Made by a program: the position numbers and the translations under genes. 64,000 nt of DNA, from assembly GCA_018825385.1 (NCBI GenBank), contig JAHJEX010000006.1:186-64185 (forward strand). The letters are read 5' to 3'. This document shows, piece by piece, positions 39,649 to 46,533 of this stretch. The DNA comes from Patescibacteria group bacterium. GTDB lineage: Bacteria; Patescibacteriota; Patescibacteriia; UM-FILTER-42-10. The notes beneath the pieces are model-generated. The model was not told the origin of the DNA. It saw only the letters and a program-made list of their open reading frames with translations, and ran no database searches. Positions within the stretch are counted from its first letter, which is position 1. Every line of letters begins with the position of its first letter.

Positions 39649-41104
39649 GCTTTCACTTAAAGAAGCATCACAGAAAATTCAGGCTCGAGAAATCTCTTCT
39701 TTGGAGTTAACACGCGAATATTTAAATAATATTGAGAAGGTTGAACCGAAGGTTTCTGCCTACCTTGAAGTGACTAGTGATTTGGCAATCAAAGGAGCGA
39801 AGGCGGCTGATAAAAAAGTAAAAGAGGGGAATTATAACTCTCCTCTCTTGGGTATTCCTGCTGCGCTGAAAGATAATATGTTGGCTTTGGGAACACGCTC
39901 TACAGCTGCTTCTAGAATTCTGCAAGAATATCAGTCAGCGTATGATTCAACAGTAGCCGCAAAATTAAGTTCAGAGGGAATGGTGCTGATGGGCAAAACA
40001 AATTTAGATGAATTTGCGATGGGTTCTTCAACAGAAAACTCAGCATTTCAGAAAACAAAAAACCCTTGGAATTTAGAAAAGGTTCCGGGCGGCTCCTCTG
40101 GCGGTTCAGCAGCTGCGGTGGCGGCAGGGGAATGTGTATATGCGCTAGGATCCGATACAGGCGGGTCAATTCGACAGCCAGCAGCGTTTTGTGGAGTTGT
40201 TGGACTTAAACCAACGTATGGAAGAGTATCACGTTACGGATTAATAGCGTTGGCATCTTCCTTGGATCAAATAGGCCCTCTAACTAAAACTGTAGAGGAT
40301 TCAGCACTGATTCTAAATGGGATTGCTGGGCAAGATCAAAATGATTCAACAACTGCCCCAGTGCCTGTGGAAGATTATACAAAAAATCTTTCAAAAAGTA
40401 TTAAAGGTCTAAGAATCGGTATTCCCAAGGAATATTTTGTAGGTGGAATCAACAAAGATGTAGAAAAGACTGTTCGACAATCAATAACACAATTAGAGGA
40501 TTTGGGCGCAAGTATAAAAGAAGTTAGTCTTCCATTTACCGACTATGCTTTGGCAGTTTATTATATTATTTTACCTGCCGAGGCTAGCGCCAATCTTTCA
40601 CGATATGATGGTGTTCGGTATGGGTATTCTATTATTAAGGACGACAAAAAAATAAAGGACCTCTTTTCCGTATATAGTGAATCACGTGCAAAAGGATTTG
40701 GTGACGAGGTTAAGCGAAGAATAATGATTGGTACCTATAGCCTTTCAAGTGGGTTTTATGATGCATATTATCGTAGAGCTCAGAAAGTTCGTGAACTTGT
40801 TAAAAATGATTTTGCTGAAGTTTTTACTGATGTGGATGTTTTGGCTACTCCAACTACTCCAACTACTGCTTTTGGGTTGGATGAAATGATGGATGATCCG
40901 CTTACCATGTATCTTTCAGATATATTTACAGTTTCTGCTAATATTAGTGGCATTCCAGCTATTTCAGTACCTTGTGGATTTTCAGACGGTCTTCCGGTTG
41001 GACTTCAATTCATGGCGAAACCGTATGCAGAAAGCCTGCTTTTACAGGTTGCACATCAATTTGAACAGAATAATAGTTGGTACAAAGAAAAGGCGGTAAT
41101 ATAA
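39635..41104 (+). CDS. gatA: Asp/Glu-tRNA amidotransferase subunit A
   Basis: Amidase signature [35 protein letters not shown]. Confidence 0.96.
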   Translation: MKLSELSLKEASQKIQAREISSLELTREYLNNIEKVEPKVSAYLEVTSDLAIKGAKAADKKVKEGNYNSPLLGIPAALKDNMLALGTRSTAASRILQEYQSAYDSTVAAKLSSEGMVLMGKTNLDEFAMGSSTENSAFQKTKNPWNLEKVPGGSSGGSAAAVAAGECVYALGSDTGGSIRQPAAFCGVVGLKPTYGRVSRYGLIALASSLDQIGPLTKTVEDSALILNGIAGQDQNDSTTAPVPVEDYTKNLSKSIKGLRIGIPKEYFVGGINKDVEKTVRQSITQLEDLGASIKEVSLPFTDYALAVYYIILPAEASANLSRYDGVRYGYSIIKDDKKIKDLFSVYSESRAKGFGDEVKRRIMIGTYSLSSGFYDAYYRRAQKVRELVKNDFAEVFTDVDVLATPTTPTTAFGLDEMMDDPLTMYLSDIFTVSANISGIPAISVPCGFSDGLPVGLQFMAKPYAESLLLQVAHQFEQNNSWYKEKAVI

Positions 41105-41192
41105 GAGCGTATTGCAAATTCTATAACTTTATGTTATAGGTAAGAGAGAGAAATCAATTCATAAAACTAATAATTACAATTCAATATCATAT

Positions 41193-41585
41193 ATGAGTAC
41201 TAAACAAAAAATCCTCCTAATTGAAGATGACAAGATGTTACTTGAGATGTATACAGCTAAGTTTACTAGAGAGGGATTCGATATTAAAACTGCAGAAAAT
41301 GGGTCAGATGGGCTTAAAGCGGCTCGTGAAATGAAACCAGACATGGTTTTGCTGGATATCATTATGCCGAAGCTTGACGGGTTTGCTACCTTGAAAGAAA
41401 TACGAAAAGACGAAAATATAAAGGATGTGCCGGTAATATTACTAACTAACTTGGGTCAGGACCAAGACATTCAAAAGGGAAAAGATCTTGGTGCCGATGA
41501 TTATTTTGTAAAAGCAAATCATACCCCGACTGAAATAGTCGAAAAAGTTCAGGAATTACTTAAGAAAAAAGGAGTAGGAAAATAA
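41193..41585 (+). CDS. Single-domain response regulator (receiver only)
   Basis: IEDD, DMVLLDIIMPKLDG, PVILLTNLGQ; paralog of 18570..18965. Confidence 0.9.
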   Translation: MSTKQKILLIEDDKMLLEMYTAKFTREGFDIKTAENGSDGLKAAREMKPDMVLLDIIMPKLDGFATLKEIRKDENIKDVPVILLTNLGQDQDIQKGKDLGADDYFVKANHTPTEIVEKVQELLKKKGVGK

Positions 41586-42064
41586 TGAAACAAAGAACAT
41601 TAGTTATTATCAAGCCTGATACATTACAAAGAAATCTATTAGGTGAGGTGATTTCCCGTTTTGAAAGAAAGGGTTTAAAAATCTTAGCGATGAAAATGAT
41701 TTCTATAGATGATGCGTTAATTGCGGAGCATTATGAACACCATAAAGACAAACCATTTTTTAGTGATTTAAAAAGATTTATGCAATCAGCTCCTGTGGTG
41801 GTGATGGTCTTGCAGGGGTATGGTGCAGTGGAGGCTGTTCGTCTGATTGTCGGGCCAACATCAGGGAGAGAAGCCGATGCAGGAAGTATTAGAGGCGATC
41901 TTTCTATGAGTAAGGGGCATAATATTATACATGCGTCTGATTCAAAGAAAAATGCGGAAATAGAAATATACAGATTCTTTAATGAAGATGAATTATTCAA
42001 CTACAAGAAAATTGATTTTTCAGCCATTTATGATGGCGAAGAATTAAAGGAAATGGAGAAATAA
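41585..42064 (+). CDS. ndk: Nucleoside diphosphate kinase
   Basis: RTLVIIKPD, RFERKGL, GSIRGD, NIIHASDS. Confidence 0.95.
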   Translation: MKQRTLVIIKPDTLQRNLLGEVISRFERKGLKILAMKMISIDDALIAEHYEHHKDKPFFSDLKRFMQSAPVVVMVLQGYGAVEAVRLIVGPTSGREADAGSIRGDLSMSKGHNIIHASDSKKNAEIEIYRFFNEDELFNYKKIDFSAIYDGEELKEMEK

Positions 42065-42065
42065 C

Positions 42066-42094
42066 TTGACAGTATAATCCTGTTGGTTTATTAT
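42066..42094 (+). promoter_or_regulatory. Sigma-70 promoter upstream of the tandem Ile attenuators
   Basis: TTGACA (42066-42071), 17 bp, TATTAT (42089-42094). Confidence 0.7.
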
Positions 42095-42113
42095 TCAGTC
42101 TAACGATAAAGAG

Positions 42114-42216
42114 ATGCAAAACATTATTTCAAAAATTAAACTAATTATTTCCAGAACCTCTGGCTAGTTTTGCATTAAATAGATATCAATGAAACTAGCC
42201 GAAAGGCTAGTTTTTT
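42114..42216 (+). promoter_or_regulatory. Leader-peptide attenuator 1, Ile-rich (MQNIISKIKLIISRTSG*, 42114-42167)
   Basis: Five ATT codons. GGCTAGTTT overlapping the stop (42162-42170) is complementary to the 5' arm of terminator AAACTAGCC-GAAA-GGCTAG-TTTTTT (42192-42216). Confidence 0.75.
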
Positions 42217-42223
42217 GAAACTC

Positions 42224-42352
42224 ATGAACTACAAATCAAATCTCATTATTAATAACATTGCTATCATCATCTATTGTAGATGAGAGGTTTGGTTATAAAT
42301 TCAGCAGAAAACATTTCAACAAACCAGCCTCTCAAAAGCTGGTTCTTTGTTT
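42224..42352 (+). promoter_or_regulatory. Leader-peptide attenuator 2, Ile-rich (MNYKSNLIINNIAIIIYCR*, 42224-42283)
   Basis: Six Ile codons. TGAGAGGTTTGGTT (42281-42294) pairs with AACCAGCCTCTCA, the 5' arm and loop of hairpin AACCAGC/GCTGGTT-CTTTGTTT. Confidence 0.7.
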
Positions 42353-42573
42353 ATCCGAGGAAGTTTGATGATTGATTAGAGAATTCAAATTTTGAATTAT
42401 CCAACGAGTTATCAAAAAAGACTCGAATTTTGTACCTTAAATTGCCAGAAGCAATCCTCTCTGGCGTAACTACCTACTTCAACAAGCGAGAAACAATAAA
42501 GCAAGGACATTGTCATCGCAAAAAGTGTCTAGCTTGTCCTAATCAGTTCAAAAAAAAGGGGGGGGTGATTGAT

Positions 42574-42801
42574 GTGCGATCAAGTCAAGCTGATGATGGA
42601 GTAAAACGGGGACAGATAAACCATGATGAACGCATTTGTCCTGAGACACTATTCGGTGCTTTCTATGACATTGAGTGTGAACGTTGGAGATGTTGTAAAT
42701 GCAGGCTGTCATTGAGCAACTGCGTTTGTCTTGAGCTTGTTGCTCAAAAGGATCAACTCGAAGACTTGGGAGGGAATGAGAATGAACGAGACAGCAGTTA
42801 A
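42574..42801 (+). CDS. Small Cys-rich hypothetical protein (one 5-Cys motif)
   Basis: GTG start after SD GGGGGTGA; motif CP...RCCKCRLSLSNCVC. The ORF track starts it at 42430. Confidence 0.6.
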   Translation: MRSSQADDGVKRGQINHDERICPETLFGAFYDIECERWRCCKCRLSLSNCVCLELVAQKDQLEDLGGNENERDSS

Positions 42802-43189
42802 CCTGAATCATCAGGATGTTCTTTGTCCGAATGGCGTTATGCTAATGGACAGTGGACAATGCAAGTGTGTTGATTGTGGATTGCAACCCAGCATTTGCTG
42901 TTGTCCGCTGAAGCCTGAAATCACTGTGATCGAACTGGATGGGGAGTTCGATATGACCGGTGGAGGCTATACTGCTATTGACGGCTGGGGTTACAGCAGA
43001 AAGCCGCGTGTAGGCTTGGTCTGCCAAAACGGCGTAGTCATCCAAGACGGTGAACCGCGCTGTATTGACTGCGAACTTACTCCCGATACCTGCTGTTGTC
43101 CTGACAAACCCATTGTGACTTTCGTGGACATCGGTGATCATTACCTCATGACTCCCAATTTTCACGCTGGCGATGACATAGCTATGTAA
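42782..43189 (+). CDS. Small Cys-rich hypothetical protein with two tandem 5-Cys repeats
   Basis: SD GGAGG at 42769-42773; CPNGV..KCVDCGLQPSICCCPLKPEIT and CQNGV..RCIDCELTPDTCCCPDKPIVT. Confidence 0.75.
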   Translation: MNETAVNLNHQDVLCPNGVMLMDSGQCKCVDCGLQPSICCCPLKPEITVIELDGEFDMTGGGYTAIDGWGYSRKPRVGLVCQNGVVIQDGEPRCIDCELTPDTCCCPDKPIVTFVDIGDHYLMTPNFHAGDDIAM

Positions 43190-43210
43190 TGCCAGCATAT
43201 TTGCATCTTT

Positions 43211-43244
43211 AGCCCAAGATTAAATCAAATCAAGGGCTTTTTTT
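43211..43244 (+). terminator. Terminator closing the Cys-rich unit
   Basis: AGCCCaaGATT/AATCaaGGGCT stem plus a T run. Confidence 0.65.
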
Positions 43245-43251
43245 ATTATAT

Positions 43252-43450
43252 TTGACGTAATTTTTTTCTGTGGTACTATTAAATATAATTATGAAATACA
43301 CAATTAACCACAGTTCAATAATCCAAAAGACCGTTGCCACGGGTAGCTTTGGTTTCTTTTTTGGTTATTTTAACCCTCGAACTGATGGCTGATTAGTGCA
43401 TTTCTAAATATATCACTTCAAGTATAAGCCATCAGTAAGATGGTTTTTTT
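43252..43450 (+). promoter_or_regulatory. Promoter and Phe-rich leader-peptide attenuator (MKYTINHSSIIQKTVATGSFGFFFGYFNPRTDG*, 43291-43392)
   Basis: TTGACG-16-TACTAT with TG extension; five Phe in eight codons. ACTGATGGCT (43381-43390) is the perfect complement of AGCCATCAGT (43427-43436) in terminator AAGCCATC/GATGGTTT-TTTT. Confidence 0.8.
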
Positions 43451-43531
43451 GATATATTTATAGCTCTTTATTATCAAAATCAATCAATAGTAGACTACTT
43501 CATTCCCCAACCAAGGACAAAGGAGAGGATA

Positions 43532-43714
43532 ATGCAGAAAAAGAATCCTAACCAAGGAACAAACGGATCTGATCAGGACAATGAACAGCAAGGAAAGAAG
43601 CCTGTGTTTCGGCAGTCACGGCGCCAACGGTCCAGAAAAGAGTATCGTCCCTATTTTGTGAGAAGTCCCGGCCTGCCCACTGTACAAACAGAGGGCTCAG
43701 AAGAAACGGAATAG
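43532..43714 (+). CDS. Small hypothetical protein (polar, Arg-rich, likely disordered)
   Basis: 60 aa with SD-like AGGAGAGG; first gene after the Phe attenuator. Confidence 0.55.
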   Translation: MQKKNPNQGTNGSDQDNEQQGKKPVFRQSRRQRSRKEYRPYFVRSPGLPTVQTEGSEETE

Positions 43715-43739
43715 TGTTCTTCCATCAGGAGGCAAGACC

Positions 43740-43892
43740 ATGTTTGGAGAGGCTCCAAAAGGAGATACAGTAAAGAGGAAAACGCAAGTGAATAAAACGG
43801 GTCAGAAGGATTTGCAAATTGGCAAATATGCTCTGGCCGTTACGGGATGCGGAATGGTATTTGTCGAAAAAAAAGCAGAACCCAAGAAGTAG
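43740..43892 (+). CDS. Small hypothetical protein, 50 aa (MFGEAPKGDTVKRKTQ...AVTGCGMVFVEKKAEPKK)
   Basis: Perfect SD AGGAGG (43727-43732), open to TAG 43892, followed by a terminator; below ORF-track length cutoff. Confidence 0.55.
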   Translation: MFGEAPKGDTVKRKTQVNKTGQKDLQIGKYALAVTGCGMVFVEKKAEPKK

Positions 43893-43912
43893 CGTACACA
43901 ATGATTTTGGCT

Positions 43913-43943
43913 AAGGCTCCATAATATCCAGGGGCCTTTTTTT
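43913..43943 (+). terminator. Terminator closing the Phe-regulated unit
   Basis: AAGGCTCC/GGGGCCTT stem plus a T run. Confidence 0.7.
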
Positions 43944-43996
43944 ATTACAACATATTAATAACTTGCCAAAAAATATATCGAAGGGATATACTTAAA

Positions 43997-44145
43997 GTGC
44001 TCTACTGTTAGGGTCTAGCTTAATCCAGTTCTACAGGATTATCGCATTGAGAGCCCTAAATTACTATTTTCTGAGGAATCTAGTTGCGGGCACCAAATTT
44101 TATATGGGAGCTATGCGATTATCTAGTCCTTACTGGTAGGGCATT
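43997..44145 (+). ncRNA. Putative 6S RNA (SsrS-like)
   Basis: Promoter TTGCCA-18-TATACT directly upstream. Ends pair (GTGCTCTACTG-TTAGGGTCTAG with CTAGTCCTTA-CTGGTAGGGCAT), with a central bulge and an apical stem flanked by GAGAGCCC/GGGCACC. No ORF. Confidence 0.5.
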
Positions 44146-44308
44146 CAATATTTACTCATCATTTGTGATATCTGACGATGAGATATAAAAAACATTTACA
44201 ATAAGAGAAAAGGAAAACAATATTATCCATTTCTTGATACTTAGTGAGTGTTCAGAAAGCAAGAAATGTGATATAATAAAATCAATCTTAGTATTAGTGA
44301 TTCACCTT

Positions 44309-44548
44309 ATGCTTTACAAAGATGAACTTCTAAATGCAATAAAAGCATCTGTCGAATTTGAGGACAACTTCATAGTCTCCTTTAGTAATTTTATGAATTC
44401 TGAAATAAATGCAGTAGATTTTGATCCTAAAACAAAGAAAGAGGTCATAAAAATATTTCAGTATCTAAAAGATGATTCATCAAAGCACAAAAAAATTCTT
44501 GAAGAGGTTGAAGAATTGATAATTAATAATCAGAAAGATGAATACTAA
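44309..44548 (+). CDS. Small helical protein, ferritin/rubrerythrin-like half domain
   Basis: E..F...I..F..L..DSSKH...LEE helix pair; start probably MLYKDE. Confidence 0.6.
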   Translation: MLYKDELLNAIKASVEFEDNFIVSFSNFMNSEINAVDFDPKTKKEVIKIFQYLKDDSSKHKKILEEVEELIINNQKDEY

Positions 44549-44768
44549 TATTGTTAAAGTCATTCAGAGGACATTTACCTTTCAAAGACTAGAGAAAGAT
44601 GCGGAAAAAATGTATTTTGATATAGTCTCACAGATAAGCGATGAGAAAATTATTTCTACTCTGACTAGTATTATGCAAGATGAGCAAAAACATTATAAAG
44701 CTTGCTCAAAAATTCTAGAGATTTTTAAACAGGAGTATCCTGAAGAATACATGGAAGCGAAAATATAG
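44538..44768 (+). CDS. Small ferritin/rubrerythrin-like half-domain protein
   Basis: LEKDAEKMY...I...L..IMQDEQKH, an E...Y/ExxH pattern. Confidence 0.7.
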   Translation: MNTNIVKVIQRTFTFQRLEKDAEKMYFDIVSQISDEKIISTLTSIMQDEQKHYKACSKILEIFKQEYPEEYMEAKI

Positions 44769-44823
44769 TGGTTTTTTCTTTAAGAAAAAGTAGCTTTAGT
44801 GCTCCTGAAGAATACAAGAAAGC

Positions 44824-44851
44824 AAACGCTCCGAAAACTCAGAGCGTTTTT
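44824..44851. terminator. Probable bidirectional terminator between convergent genes
   Basis: AAACGCTC/GAGCGTTTTT stem-loop. Confidence 0.65.
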
Positions 44852-44854
44852 GAA

Positions 44855-46150
44855 TTACTTCACCTCCAGCTTGCCGTCCAGAAATTCTTCGTATCCTTTG
44901 AGATCTAGGAATCCATTACCACTAATGTTGATAAGAATGGTCTTTTTTGTTCCATTCTTTTTACATTGCAATGCTTCATCAATGGCGCCCTTTATAGCGT
45001 GGGCTGATTCTGGAGCAGGTAATATACCTTCAGTTTGGGTGAAGATCTTTGCTGCTTTCATAATATCACTTTGTTTAGCGGACATAGTTTCTATATATCC
45101 CTTTTCCACCAAATGACTGACAAGTGGTGCAGCACCATGATAACGCAATCCACCAGCTTGAATCTTAGGAGGAATAAAGTCAGAACCTAAGGAATGCATT
45201 TTGAATAGTGGCGTGGTTTCCGCGGTATCACCAAAATCATATTTGTATTCTCCCTTAGTGAGAGTTGGGCATGATTCAGGCTCAACTGCTACAACACGTA
45301 CTTTCTTCTTTTTAGTAATTACGTCTCCAATGAATGGAAAGGCAATCCCAGATAGATTACTTCCTCCGCCGAAGCAACCATAGATCACATCAGGATATTC
45401 ATCATCTTTCTCTAACTGCAGTTTAGCCTCTTGTCCAATAATTGTCTGATGAAGTAGAACGTGATTAAGTACACTTCCTAAGGAATATTTTATTGTACCG
45501 TCTGATACTTTCTCCATAGCTTCGCTAATAGCAATACCCAGACTTCCCGGATGGTTAATATCCTCTTTCAAGAATTTCCTTCCAATGTTTGTTTGATTAC
45601 TCGGAGAGGGGAGTACCTCGGCGTCGAACATTCTCATATAACTAACTCTATATGGTTTTTGTTTGTAGTGTAGTCGGACATAGAATACTAAACACTTCAT
45701 GTCAAAGAATTTTGTTGCAAGCGAGAGTGCCATGCCCCATTGACCAGCTCCAGTCTCAGTAGTGATTGTTTTCGTGCCTTCTTGTTTATTGTAGTAGGCT
45801 TGAGCAAGAGCGGTATTCAACTTATGACTTCCAGTTAGAGAAGCACCTTCATATTTGTAATATATTTTTGCGGGTGTCCCTAAGTGTTTTTCTAATCTTG
45901 TGGCTCGGTAAAGAGGGGTTGCTCTATATCTCTTATAGATTTCCATTACCTCATCAGGTATCTCTATTCTTTTTTCTTGACTTACTTCCTGCTCTATTAA
46001 TGCTTTAGGGAACAATGGTTTAAGCATTTCCGGTCCGATCGGTTCATTGGTTTCTGGGTTAAGAGGAGGTGGTGGTGACTCGGGAAGGTCAGAAATAATA
46101 TTGTAGTAATGAGTAGGTATTTCTTTATCTGATAGTGATATTTTTGTCAT
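44855..46150 (-). CDS. trpB2: Tryptophan synthase beta chain, TrpB2 (stand-alone) type
   Basis: YYNI..DLP..PPPPL.P N-terminus, GSHKLNTALAQAYY PLP lysine, TETGAGQWG, GSVLNHVLLHQT, GLRYHG. Confidence 0.93.
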   Translation of the reverse strand: MTKISLSDKEIPTHYYNIISDLPESPPPPLNPETNEPIGPEMLKPLFPKALIEQEVSQEKRIEIPDEVMEIYKRYRATPLYRATRLEKHLGTPAKIYYKYEGASLTGSHKLNTALAQAYYNKQEGTKTITTETGAGQWGMALSLATKFFDMKCLVFYVRLHYKQKPYRVSYMRMFDAEVLPSPSNQTNIGRKFLKEDINHPGSLGIAISEAMEKVSDGTIKYSLGSVLNHVLLHQTIIGQEAKLQLEKDDEYPDVIYGCFGGGSNLSGIAFPFIGDVITKKKKVRVVAVEPESCPTLTKGEYKYDFGDTAETTPLFKMHSLGSDFIPPKIQAGGLRYHGAAPLVSHLVEKGYIETMSAKQSDIMKAAKIFTQTEGILPAPESAHAIKGAIDEALQCKKNGTKKTILINISGNGFLDLKGYEEFLDGKLEVK

Positions 46151-46248
46151 TGTAATTTAGTTAATATTAATTAGTCATTGATTTTGTACAATCAACGCCA
46201 GATAAATGTTCCAAGATTTTTGAAATAATAGCGCATATTTTTGTAATT

Positions 46249-46387
46249 AAAAAACCGCCTGGTGAAAGCGGATAAATACACGAAAAAATTATCAGCTTTC
46301 TAGAGGCGATTTATGTTCCACCAATTAATTACTGTTTGTGTGGTTTTCATTTGCTCAAAGATAGCACAGAATATTACTGAGTGTCAA
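46249..46387 (-). promoter_or_regulatory. trpL: Promoter and trp leader-peptide attenuator (MKTTQTVINWWNINRL*, 46350-46300)
   Basis: TTGACA-18-TATCTT; tandem TGG TGG; antiterminator GAAAGCTGATAA against TTATCCGCTTTC; terminator CCGCTT/AGGCGG-TTTTTT. Confidence 0.85.
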
Positions 46388-46395
46388 ATATCAGG

Positions 46396-46424
46396 TTGAC
46401 TTTTGTTGGAAATTGATGTATAAT
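46396..46424 (+). promoter_or_regulatory. Sigma-70 promoter for the kinase operon, divergent from the trpB2 promoter
   Basis: TTGACT-17-TATAAT with TG extension. Confidence 0.7.
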
Positions 46425-46533
46425 TGTAATACTAAAACAAAAATACATTTTATGCTAACACTAGAAAGATTAAGGAAATATCATTAATTCCAACGAGTTC
46501 AACTCGCTGGCTTTTTTATTTATCAAGCAATAA

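Noticed and set aside
39349-41104. gatCA without gatB as an anomaly
   Set aside because: gatB is often encoded elsewhere; absence cannot be judged from one window.
42401-42425. CCAACGAGTT...ACTCG hairpin resembling the one at 46490
   Set aside because: Only a 10-nt match and a 5-bp stem with no convincing leader; could be chance.
42430-42573. N-terminal extension of the first Cys-rich ORF from TTG 42430
   Set aside because: No RBS at 42430, while a strong SD precedes GTG 42574; not fully excluded.
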